Part shown: one piece after another, positions 30,101 to 40,282 of the stretch
Layout: every line of letters begins with the position of its first letter
How positions within the stretch are numbered: position 1 is the stretch's first letter
DNA from: Owenia fusiformis
Lineage: Eukaryota
Direction: 5' to 3'
Length of the DNA stretch: 64,000 nt
Assembly (NCBI GenBank): GCA_903813345.2
Contig: CAIIXF020000001.1
Location: forward strand, 41,292,001 to 41,356,000
Notes under the pieces: model-generated
The model's input: only the letters and a program-made list of their open reading frames with translations
Database searches by the model: none
Told to the model about the DNA's origin: nothing
Position numbers and translations under genes: made by a program

Positions 30101-33100
30101 CTGGCATATTACTGGATAATAATACTCCAACATTTTCAGTGTCTGAGTGCCCACCATTTGTTGCATGTCTAAAGGAGGAGAGAAACTGCTGGTGCATGCT
30201 GGTTACTGAAATGGCTGCTGGGAAGGTTATTGCAGAGGAGCTGAGGGATCCTGGGATTGTTCAGCAGGCAGCACAGAATGTCCTATTAGTGGATGCTGTC
30301 ATTCGCAGGTACTGTATGTTATCAAGAAAAAGTGTCTAATGGGAAGGTCAGTGCCCTCTCTAATAGTTTGTTTTTGTGTATCTTGATAAGTAATTTAGTG
30401 TAGGTTCTCTGGGCTCACCCAATACAAGGCTGATGTTCAATGGACTGAAAGTGTTTAAGTTTTTACTTTCACTCAAAAGGCAGTGGAGCAATTTTGTTGA
30501 TATTTTATATGTGACTACTTATAAAGTATATTCCACTTTCACATGAGAATTTGGCAAGTGAGCAGCCATATTGATAAAATGGCCACCATTTTTAAGTGGT
30601 TACGTGTGTTATTTTATTATGCCACCACCAAAAAATGGTGACATATTGTTACAGTCACCTTTTTTGACTCGTGTTGGTGGTTGATGGTTGGCTATCGCCA
30701 TCTGTAACAAATTCTTACAACTTCAATAATTTAACAAATACTGATTTGACTGACTTCAATTGTTTTCGAAATCATCTACTAGTTTTCAGAAGTTCAAATC
30801 TGTCTTTATATTTGAGTTTTTAGCTTCAATGACCTTTTCAAGGTAAAAAAGGTCTTTTTTCAACTTACCTTTTTTCAAAATCATCTACAAGTTCTCAGAA
30901 ATTCAGATCTTAGTATAAATTTGACCTTCAATGATCTTCTCAAGGTCAAAATTTGGCTTCAAATTGACCAATTTTTAAAAAAATCATCTACAAGTGCTCA
31001 GAAGTTCACATCTGACTTAAGATCTGTGATTTCACCTTCAATGACCTTCTCAAGGTAAAAAGGTATTTTTTCAATTTGCTTCAAATTGAGCAATTTATTT
31101 TTTCAAAATTATCTACAAGTTCTCATAAATTCAAACCTAACCTAAGAATGAACTCATAATATTGTGAGCAACAAGGTGGTGACATTTTGTCATGTTAATC
31201 CCTTGTGTTTTTTTACTATAACTGGAAAAGTATATGAGCGATTTTGTTGAAATTTTATATAAAAGCTTTAATAATCCCATTCCAGTGGGGAGGAGAACTG
31301 CTGTTCCCATCATACATCAGTGGAGAGAGCAGCCTCCTATCTCTGTTACTTCACACGCAGGAAGGAGGATGGAGTAGACAAGCTACCCCCAGATACAAAG
31401 CATGTTCTCCAGCACCGGATCAACCCTAATGTCCGGGAAGTGGACAAGAAAGCCATCGAGGCTCTCCTGTACACTCCAGGAAGTAAGGCAATTAATTACT
31501 TAATTTCAGATTGTAAAATGAACAGAAATTACCAAAATAAAGCTAAGAATTGGCAGTATTTAGAATCAAAAGTAAGAATTTGGTAAGAATTAACTGAATA
31601 ATTTAAAACATAATTTAATACATAGAAATATATAAACTTCTATGATTAGCCAATGAGTGTGACATTGGGAGTGGAATATTTTCCAGACTCAAAATTTAAG
31701 CCCCCCCCCCCTCTTGTTAATTTCTGGATCCGTCACTGAAGGTTCTAGTGTATTTTTAGACAAGAGTGGGTCTAGCAATGAATCTGATAGTGAAATAGAA
31801 CTAGGTCCCAAGCTATGGTGTGCCATGGGCAGTGGCAAAGTACTAGTCTATGATGCTAGCACATGGCTTCTACAGGCTAAGTTCACACAGGCTAAAGGCA
31901 GAGTGGTAAGTGCCTATTATTGTGTGTCAACATTGTGTGACAGTGTGTTAGTTTGAGATCAGAATTTGATGTGTTCTATGTCTACAATCTTCTGCATGTG
32001 CTTAGTAAGCAAAATACTAAATATAACAATGGGTGATCTTGAGAAGAAAAAGATAATTTATATTATAGAATGAATGAATGTTGTTCTTAAACAACAAAAG
32101 AACGTGAGGGAGATCAAGTCTCTGCCCCTCACCCCCCCCCCACCCCCCCCAAGTGTTCAATGTTATTTGGCTCTATATTTCAGGTATGTCTGGTTGCAGT
32201 AGGAGAGAATCAAATCTGGGCTGGCTCATTTGACAAAACAATCTACGTCATTGACATTGCCACTGTCACGTCTAACCAGTCTCTCATGGAGCACACTGAT
32301 ATGTTGTCTGACATCACAGTTAGTAAAGACCATAGGTATGGTAATATTTCAGTTAATAACCACATTTAACCAAAATGACCCGTCAGGTTTTCCTAATGTG
32401 TACACCTGAAAATGACAAAAATAGTGCGAATAATGAATAATGAACTATATGTTACACATATCAAAAATCATCAATATAATTTCAAATATTAAAGAGAAAA
32501 TCAGATCTAGCTAGCAGCCCAACAAAAAATTGCATTGCACCAAAGTGCATACTTTATTTCAGGAAAACTAAAGATATTTACAATAACCTATTATTTTTCT
32601 ATAAGAATGGTTACCATTCTTATTATTTGGGAGAATTTTGGGAGAACATTTTTCACTCATTTTTGCACTTTGAATCCATGATAACTTCACCAATTTTTAA
32701 CATATCATGAATCTTTTGGGAGATATTGTATTTGAGATTGTAAGGAATAGATAAGTAGGTCAATTGTACACATTGCTTGTAATTTTTTCACCCCCATAGA
32801 TCTGATTCTGCCTTTAAACCAATTTGCTTCATCTTTTAGGACAGCTTTCTCTGCCAGCCTTAATGGACAGATTCTGGTGTGGGACACTGAGAAACTACAG
32901 TCCATGTACCAAATCAATTTAGCTGTACAATGTCTCTCTACAATACAGTGGGTCGATGGCAATTTGTGGTGTGGTATGTATTCTGTACATACACATGTAA
33001 AAACCTATATACAGACCTATAATGTAACGTCATACTCTTCACAAGTTAAATGCATGAAAAGTTGATCTAATATTAAATAGATATTTAACATTCAGCATAA

Positions 33101-35086
33101 TTGCACCAATAAAAATCTGCCCAGTAGGGTTGGCCTAAATGGTCAATAGCTTTGGCTCACCCAACTCACCTTAACTGTATGTACATGAATATAGGTACAA
33201 AGGAGAGGATCATTGTGGTAACAGAGGCAGGAGGGATACTCAAGAGACTCCACTGTACAGATGAAGCCAAATATACCCTCTCAATAGACTGCTTTCTTAT
33301 CACTCCACATAAAGAGGTACCTGAATTTGTGATATTTGGCTAGTGCTGGAAGAAATAACAATACTTACCATTTCATGAGATTGAATCTGTGTAAAATCAA
33401 AATGTCAGCTAGACAGTATCACATAATTTGAAGCTGACAATAAAAAATAAGTGATGTTTTAAAGAGAAACCAAAATGGTCGATTTATTCATTGTTTTACT
33501 CTTTTTGTCCCAGTTGGGACTGATCACAATAGTTGTTCTAGGTGGAGATTGATACGTTCATGATAAGGTATGGACCAGTTGTGGCAGACAGGGACTGATC
33601 ACTATATGTTCTATGTTTAGGTATGGACAGGTTGTGGCAGACAGGGACTGATCACTATATGTTCTATGTTTAGGTATGGACCAGTTGTGGCAGACAGGGA
33701 CTGATCATTATATGTTCTATGTTTAGGTATGGACAGGTTGTGGCAGACAGGGACTGATCACTATATGTTCTATGTTTAGGTATGGACAGGTTGTGGCAGA
33801 CAGGGACTGATCACTATATGTTCTATGTTTAGGTATGGACAGGTTGTGGCAGACAGGGACTGATCACTATATGTTCTATGTTTAGGTATGGACAGGTTGT
33901 GGCAGACAGGGACTGATCACTATATGTTCTTTGTTTAGGTATGGACCAGTTGTGGCAGACAGGGACTGATCATTATATGTTCTATGTTTAGGTATGGACA
34001 GGTTGTGGCAGACAGGGACTGATCACTATATGTTCTATGTTTAGGTATGGACAGGTTGTGGCAGACAGGGACTGATGATTATATGTTCTATGTTTAGGTA
34101 TGGACAGGTTGTGGCAGACAGGGACTGATCACTATATGTTCTATGTTTAGGTATGGACAGGTTGTGGCAGACAGGGACTGATCACTATATGTTCTATGTT
34201 TAGGTATGGACAGGTTATGGCAGACAGGGACTGATCACTATATGTTCTATGTTTAGGTATGGACCAGTTGTGGCAGACAGGGACTGATCATTATATGTTC
34301 TATGTTTAGGTATGGACAGGTTGTGGCAGACAGGGACTGATCACTATATGTTCTATGTTTAGGTATGGACAGGTTGTGGCAGACAGGGACTGATCATTAT
34401 ATGTTCTATGTTTAGGTATGGACAGGTTGTGGCAGACAGGGACTGATCATTATATGTTCTATGTTAATGTATGGACTGGTTGTGGCAGGGACTGATCACT
34501 ATATGTTCTATGTTTAGGTATGGACTGGTTGTGGCAGGGACTGATCACTATGTGTTCTATGTTTAGGTATGGACAGGTTGTGGCAGACAGGGACTGATCA
34601 CTATATGGGATCAAGAGACATTTGAAGAGATCAGACAGTCAAGAGTAGAGTGTAGGGGGATCAGTAAGATGGTCTTAGTACAGAATAAGGTAATAAATAA
34701 TTAAATATGGATAATCTGCTGTATGGAATAATGTGAATTTAAAGTCATGAAAAATAGTAAATGAATGATAAAAACATACTTTTAAACTTTGCACGGGCCT
34801 TTAAGGATACTTTGATTATCCAAGCAAAAACTCAATGCCCCAAGGATCCTAAGAAATAGTTGGCCAGTTTTGTCTAAAATTTAATAATTTCTTGTTCTAG
34901 GTTTGGGTTGGCTCTAAATCTGGCTTCATCTACATCTTCAATTGCAGTAACCATTTGCTAGAGCAGCAGCTAAAGGCTCACAATGACTCTGTACGCTCTA
35001 TGTGTACAGCACAGAATAGATACATTATGAGTGGAGCTGGGAGTGAAGACGGGAAAGTTGCAATATGGAGGGCATCGACTGCGTAA
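131..35086 (+). CDS. DENND3: DENN domain-containing protein 3 (DENN/dDENN - linker - PH/GRAM-like - WD40); 5' part lies upstream of the window
   Basis: 18 phase-consistent GT-AG exons: 131-282, 555-665, 879-984, 21966-22102, 23525-23702, 25126-25262, 25805-25968, 27741-27842, 28255-28429, 29659-29789, 30140-30308, 31286-31482, 31760-31905, 32184-32335, 32840-32973, 33195-33316, 34567-34689, 34901-35086 (TAA). Peptides match what I recall of DENND3: LMVNLFRDVLTN...FNKENFL...FYEQVVNSDMFNKFLRDRM, VDPVTFEMLYECWKE, LTQKRLFFL, EMAAGKVIAEELRDPGIVQQAAQNVLLVDAVI, LLYTPG, PKLWCAMGSGKVLVYDASTW, C-terminal SGAGSEDGKVAIWR. Confidence 0.92.
2221..12801 (-). CDS. Multi-domain C-type lectin receptor (mannose-receptor-like): signal peptide, 4 CTLDs, Pro/Thr linkers, TM helix, NPxY tail; 799 aa
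   Basis: 11 phase-consistent exons on the minus strand: 12801-12747 (MGAATNIVNIALCIACII), 9465-9010 (CTLD1), 8878-8825, 8328-7894 (CTLD2), 7169-7122, 6981-6544 (CTLD3), 6292-6230, 5910-5476 (CTLD4), 5045-4947 (Ser/Thr stalk), 3820-3673 (TM: LALILGVTIGSVGIILIAAGVV), 2389-2221 (VDNPNY...WQEFNI*). Total 2400 nt. Each CTLD has CYQF, WIGA, QPD, EEC and WHD. Confidence 0.9.
2595..3639 (+). mobile_element. Non-autonomous Helentron/HINE (DINE-1-like) element
   Basis: Subterminal IR ATCCCATCGAA / TTCGATGGGAT, (CGTC/CGTA)n microsatellite near the 5' end, internal tandem subrepeats, short 3' hairpin, TT ends. Related fragments near 29100-29450 and 30470-30610. Confidence 0.7.
7409..7750. mobile_element. 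Double-hairpin non-autonomous element (Crypton-like architecture)
   Basis: IR pair TTATTACCACC / GGTGGTAATAA, followed by a ~50-bp-stem hairpin with tip GGCCTTCGGCC. Confidence 0.6.
8644..8775. repeat. Local tandem duplication of ~54 bp
   Basis: TATGTTAGTACAAGTACCAATAGAAGCAAAAGCAATGAT(T/A)ATGAAGTAAGACAT occurs near 8644 and near 8722. Confidence 0.85.
10391..11725 (+). mobile_element. Helentron/HINE-like element with ~165-bp internal tandem repeats
   Basis: Subterminal IR ATGTCCCCACCA / TGGTGGGGACAT, (CGTC)n, about 4.5 copies of a ~165-bp unit (10945-11690), 3' hairpin and CTTGTT end. It sits inside an inverted-repeat element (arms about 9660-9730 and 11723-11790; the same arm recurs at 63890-64000). 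Confidence 0.75.
12850..12880 (-). promoter_or_regulatory. Candidate TATA box of the lectin receptor gene
   Basis: TATAAAAA and TATATATAA on the minus strand about 55-75 nt upstream of the ATG at 12801. The local sequence is AT-rich, so this is weak. Confidence 0.35.
13712..15199 (+). mobile_element. Helentron/HINE-like element, copy 1
   Basis: Subterminal IR ATCGCACTTTGA / TCAAAGTGCGAT, (GCGT/GCGG)n, modular internal repeats, CTTGTT end. Nested in a small TIR element 13541-15244 that has a 5-bp ATATA duplication. Confidence 0.8.
15487..16270. mobile_element. Non-autonomous TIR element with 6-bp target duplication
   Basis: Ends CACTCCCCCCAG / CTGGGGGCAGTG, flanked by ATATGG on both sides; AATTC(T/C)GC subterminal repeats. 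Confidence 0.7.
16436..20085. mobile_element. 3.65-kb composite TIR element carrying nested insertions
   Basis: TIR G8TGTATAGAG / CTCTATACAC8, flanked by ATCAGA on both sides; ~30-bp AAAATATTGTATATGGTATAAGAG tandem repeats at both ends. Confidence 0.7.
18030..18830 (-). mobile_element. HINE-like element with ~165-bp tandem units and (CCGC)n
   Basis: Four AAAATGGCC(A/G)CCTTAACATTTACCCAG units, reverse-complement similar to the units at 10945-11690; microsatellite near 18740-18770. Confidence 0.7.
20506..21027. mobile_element. Tc1/mariner-type MITE
   Basis: TA|CAGTTAAACCT ... AGGTTTTACTG|TA with internal GGAGGTGTT subrepeats; a related fragment lies near 1038-1140. Confidence 0.6.
21573..21910. 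mobile_element. Double-hairpin element (Crypton-like architecture)
   Basis: TTATCCTATGCCAAGTAGAGTTTT / AAAACTCTACTTGGTATAGGATAA, central ATAA-AGCAG-TTAT (21762-21774), then a long hairpin. Confidence 0.65.
22209..23276 (+). mobile_element. Decayed mariner transposon
   Basis: TA|CAGGGTGATCACTAAGTTCTGGGA ... TCCCAGAACTTAGTGATCACCCTG|TA; internal remnant LEDLGFTQVVHAPYSP resembles the mariner HPPYSPDL motif, with stops and frameshifts around it. Confidence 0.85.
23730..24044. mobile_element. Kolobok-like MITE (TTAA target)
   Basis: TTAA|AGGGGCAACAA ... TTGTTGCACCT|TTAA, immediately after the donor at 23703. Confidence 0.55.
26227..27579. mobile_element. EnSpm/CACTA-like non-autonomous element
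   Basis: TIR CACTCTAAAAAA / TTTTTTAGAGTG, 2-bp CT duplication, dense ATTACT/AGTAAT subterminal motifs. Confidence 0.75.
28745..29008 (-). mobile_element. HINE-like 5' fragment (same family as 30615-31205)
   Basis: The reverse complement begins TTTTTATGTCACCACCAAAAGTGGTGACATATTGTTA and aligns by eye with 30615-30860. Other family fragments near 24370 and 43540-43650. Confidence 0.7.
30615..31205 (+). mobile_element. HINE-like element
   Basis: Starts ATGCCACCACCAAAAAATGGTGACATATTGTTA, carries ~100-bp internal subrepeats, and has the terminal IR GGTGGTGACAT. Confidence 0.7.
32490..32817. mobile_element. Kolobok-like MITE; further copies near 17550-17930 and (inverted) 42468-42820
   Basis: TTAA|AGAGAAAATCAGATCTA ... 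TAGATCTGATTCTGCCT|TTAA. The three copies align, which explains the similar spurious ORFs MNLLGD... Confidence 0.75.
33568..34607 (+). repeat. 53-bp tandem array made from the DENND3 intron/exon-17 junction
   Basis: Unit GTATGGACAGGTTGTGGCAGACAGGGACTGATCACTATATGTTCTATGTTTAG. 17 units of 53 bp start at 33568 through 34416, 2 units of 49 bp start at 34469 and 34518, then the true exon begins at 34567. Confidence 0.97.
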
Positions 35087-38000
35087 TATTTTCAGTTGAA
35101 GGCCCACAGACTGACATGTATGTTCCATTGAGCCACACAGAATAGAACTTTTAGAGCTCATCATATCGGGACTTCTGTTTCAGCTAAAGTTGTCATGTTT
35201 TGCAGTATAGCAACCGTGATTTCCTAAATGAACTACCATATTCTCTGTAAAAAGTGCACAATCCCCTCCCAAAATGTACATTGAAACTAGTGAAATATTG
35301 ACAAATTCTAAAGACTGCACATCAGTACAAACACTCTCTTGAAGCCCCATAGTACAAACCATGTTTGATCAATATATTGTCCAAACTTCTTTTTTAGTCG
35401 TTATCACTATGCAATAGGTTCTCTACAGCTCCCATGCAATGTAATCAAGAAGGTATCAAAAAACCTCAAAGCCCTACAGGAAAAGGATTAAAGTCTTGTT
35501 TGCTGGTCAGTCAATTTTCAATATTTCTGAAATGCACCATATTTGTCATAAAAGTCGCATGTGTGATCTTTGAGGGATGAGCACTCTTTAGAGAGTATAT
35601 GGTATATCTATGCATACTGTATATTTTACATAAATCATATTATTGTCCATAAACCTACATGACTGTGACAGCACTACCCTAGATGAATCCATTGAAACTG
35701 GAAGAGTCTAGGAATGAAGTTAAGGGAGAGCAACAGCTTCAAATCTTTATTACGTACTCTACCTTTATAGTTAATGTATACAATTTCTCAAATTTTTGAG
35801 AATTTATAGTCTAGCTACAAGCCCTTGTGACCCCCCACACACCTCCCCACTGTGTGAGAAGGTGTTAAGTTAAGTAATGGGGGGGGGGCGTCGCTGAGGC
35901 TTGGAGCTAGACTAGTAAAATGGAGCTAGACTAGTAAAACTATGCACTTGGCAATTATTTTAACGAACTGAGCAAAAGAGAATTGAGAGACAACAGTGCT
36001 CTCTCAACAGTGTCTTGAAGTCAGTAGGCCTCCTTTGTATTCAGGAAAAAAGAGAAAAGTATATGAAGATTCTAATATGTGATACTTCCAACATGTTAAT
36101 CATGGTGCATAACATGTAAATCTGGTGTAAATGTTTATTTATATTTTCGGTCAGCAAATTCTACTACACTGTATTATGCAGTTTTGTCATTATTCTAGAA
36201 TTTGTTTAGTGTTTTAAATGCAAAGTTCCTATCCATAATTACCCAAAATCCACAATTTCATAATGATAATATACATACTTTGATATTAACCTTTTCTCAA
36301 GCTTTAATATTTTTAGAAAAGAAGGATTTACCTGTTGTTTGTCTGTTGATTTTGGGAGTAATTTCAAATTAAAAGATTTTGAGGTGAGGGATCAGGATGG
36401 CAGACACTGCCTTTTTGATTATTAATGTATAAACTCTAAATATGAGTCACTACTAAAGACTCACTCTTTATTTACTTTCCAAGTATTTTCTTTGTCAGGT
36501 AGCTAAAATATAATTGTTGCAAAGTTAATTATTCATTACTGAATTAATGTATATTTTCTCATGTAATATATGTATACATACAAGTAGTTCACATGTGTCC
36601 TAAAAATTGTACCCAAATGAAATGGGTATAACTCTTTTTTCCGTTACTGAACTTTTCACACGATAAAGAGAATTCATTTTCCAATAAGTAGTTAAAATTC
36701 ATAGGCATTTGTAAATTAATGAGGGATTAATTTAGATAACATGCTTTAAATAACCTCCATTGTGTGATTGATGCAGAGCTGGATGCACTGCTGGACATTG
36801 GAATAATGACTGATGGTACTAAAACAAGCTTTTCTCTTAAAAAGAGTCACCTGGTGAAAATGTCAGATATTTATGATAATTAAATTGTTTTTCAGATGAT
36901 TAGTTTGCAAGGATATTCATTTACTGCTCCCAGAGTTGTTCTATGTTTGTCTCATACAGTTTTTTGGGACAATATGCATTTACAAAGTGTGATTGATTAG
37001 ATGAAAGTACTTATCATCTATAGTCCATATTTGGATTGTGCTGGAACAATCAAACTAAGCACTATCAATAAAGCACAATCAATTTTGTTGACTATATACT
37101 CTACATGTATTTATATAATATTATATGCAATTGTGATTATTTAGGTAAAACATAATATCCATATTATATGGTACCTGTACTTAATGTATATCATGTTGTA
37201 GTTTATAAAGTTTTTGCATGTTTTAATATGCAGTAATGTAATGTTTACATTATATTCTATAGTTGATGCCATGCTATTTTATTGCAGTATTCTATAATTA
37301 AAATAGTTCACTTTTTTAGTTATAACTTAATTATTAAAAAATTCAGATATATTTTGTTATTGAAATTTTAATAAAAATATATTAATTTATTTGAAATATT
37401 ATTAAAGATTAAGACAAATCAATGTGATTGCATCCTCCGAACGCAGGCCTCCAGATATTAGTGTACGACGTCTGGAACCCCATGTTCGGAGGATGTGTGA
37501 TTGTTAATGTAATTGAAATATATACATGTAATAGACTTGACTATTATGTTTATACATTGATGTAAAATGCATTTTGCACCAATATTGTAAACATAATCAA
37601 TTTTGTTAACTTTGATCACTCAAATACTCCTGCTCACAAAACAGCCTTTTAAATAGCATGCTAAAATATGCATTGATGAGTCGTTTATCAAGACAATCAA
37701 ATTCATGAAGAATTTCAAATAGAAATCTATATCAGTTGACAGTTGAGCAGTTACATGTATTCATAATACAGGTATTAGCCATGTTTTGATATTAAGTTTA
37801 AAAGTATATATGATTTTAAGTATAAAATGTATAACATGGGCAACTCTACACATCCTACATATGTCCTACAATACAGTGTACATATTGTCTCTTTACATGA
37901 GATATAGCTTTTATAATTTTTTATATTAAATTTTATGAATAAATGATTATAATATATATTTTAAATATAGAATAAATACACTGATCAAAATAAAAAATAA

Positions 38001-39060
38001 TTATAAATTGTTTTTGTGCAATTATACAATCGTAGTTTTAGAATTTAGTCTGCTTACCCAATATATTGAGAACAGTTAACTGAATTCATTGTATAAAGGT
38101 TGATATTGGAGTGATATTGAATTGATATTGGGGTGATATTATGATTATAATATACAGCTGTACTTATATTGGGGTGATATTGCTTTTAGATCAGAATAGT
38201 TAGTGATAGTGGGTGGATATTGGATAGGAGCAATATTGCAATAATATTAGGCAGATATTGTGGTGATATTATTATTTGGATTACATGTGTTAACCATATC
38301 AATCCAGATTATCGACCTTGCTTAATTCTAACATAATTGATACCCTTGCAATGCAAGGTACCTCCTGGATGGCTCACATTTTGGGATTTGACCCAAAAAA
38401 CATATATCATAAATATTATACAGATAATAATGATAAACAGGAGGGACTTAAGGTGATGGTGGAATGAAAACATTTTTGAAAAAATGCTATACACACAATC
38501 ATGCCTTCATGCTTTATTTTGTACCTGAAAAGGTATAGCAATTTTTTCAAAAATGTTTTCGATCGACATGTACCTAATGGCCTTATTTGCCCTTCTTGAA
38601 AAAAAAAATTTTCCACAATCATTATTGAATCTTGTGAAATAAACATTGCAATATTTATTACTTTTGCTTATTCACATTTTGCAAGACATTAAATTACTCT
38701 ATAACCTGATCAATGATGAGTCACGATGACCTAGTATAACCTCATCAGCATAAACTAGGTTGAGGACTACAGTAAATATTTCCAATGATTCTATTGGTTA
38801 AAACTCAACCTACATAAATGTTCTTCTCAAAAGGACAAGAGGATGTAAACACAAGTAAAATGAAAACACTTATTGAGACATATAAATCCCTATATTGTAA
38901 ATAGCTAGTGGAGATAAACGCATATTTTGATGCCAATCCATGGTTAACATTATGACTCATTATGTATCAGACAGTTGGTTAGTACTTCTGAGAAATCATT
39001 AAGATTTTGAAATACAAAGGAAGCACTATGAAATCTAGAGATATTCCCATGTTTCAGAAA

Positions 39061-39170
39061 GATCACTGTTGGGAAAGTGCCACTGCATAAAAAGTGTAAA
39101 CAACCGTTAGCCTTACTTAGTACAGAAAGCTGCTTTGCTACATAAAGCCGACTTACTTATCAGGTAAGGA
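39061..39170 (+). promoter_or_regulatory. Candidate promoter and non-coding first exon of the LRR gene
   Basis: TATA-like CATAAAAA near 39086 and a strong donor CAG|GTAAGG at 39163/39164 that could pair with the acceptor at 40280. AP-1-type TGA(C/G)TCA sites near 38717 and 38953. Confidence 0.4.
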
Positions 39171-40282
39171 TTCTACACATTTGAAGATAATAAGCAAGTA
39201 TGAATTACTGTAATTGAACAGTAACCATTTATATATACTACGTCACCCCTCCCTCTTATATTCTCTGTATAAGTTACAATACAATATAGAACATTGGAGG
39301 GGGGTGACTTACTCACTGTGATATACTACTGTTTTATAAGTAAGTATTTTAGGTGATGGTTGGTTTCCAGAAAACATTAAAATAAAATTGCTTTATCTGT
39401 CCATGTTATTTTCTGGTACAAAATAAAGTATGAAGGTTTCTTGCTTTTTCCAGGAAGGTATTACATTGTTTTCTAAAATAAACCTGGTAAGCGGTCACTG
39501 GTAACTCCAGGGAGTGCTATGGCTGCCTTTCCAGTTTTCCAAATATCTTCTCCAAGTTTCTCAACAACACTGGATTGCCTACAAATAATTCTCTAGTTCA
39601 ACAGCAGATGCAACAAGGATGCTTTCCAGAAAGAAATAGGAAATACAACCATGTTTTCATATTTTATTTTGTACCAGAAAATAACATGTGCAGGTATAGC
39701 AATTTTTCAAAAATGTTTTGTTCCATATGCACCTTAAGTACATGTGTACAGGGTGGTCCAAAAAAATGGGACACTCGTATTTCAAAAATAAATATTGATG
39801 TTTATAACATGTATTATATGAGAGAACTTCTTACTACCTGTTAATTAATTGTACACAATTTCATTCAGGCATGGACCTCTATCTAGATATGTCCTTTATT
39901 CAGGTCATTACAGTAGGAAATTCATGCAAACTCTAGGCCTACAGGATAACACCTTTTCTTATCTAACCACACACATAATGCACAAGGGTGGAGCCCGAGT
40001 ACATTATCAAGATGCATGAATCCAATACAGAATGATACAGGGTTCTTTATCACTATCATGGCTTTATAAAAGTTAATGTACTGAAATACTCTAACCTGAT
40101 TGGCCGAGACATTGTTTTGTCAACGTCTAGTTTTAGTTTTGTATATTAACAATGACTAATATGTAACATCATTATGCCATCAGTGAGTCCATAAGAGTCA
40201 TATATAATCAAATGTCTGAATTTTCTATGTACGAGTATTTCAAATAACAACAATAACCAATATTTCACTTATTTTTGCAGAC

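Noticed and set aside
33568..34607. CRISPR-like array
   Set aside because: Units are contiguous near-identical repeats with no unique spacers, there are no cas genes, and the unit derives from a eukaryotic splice junction.
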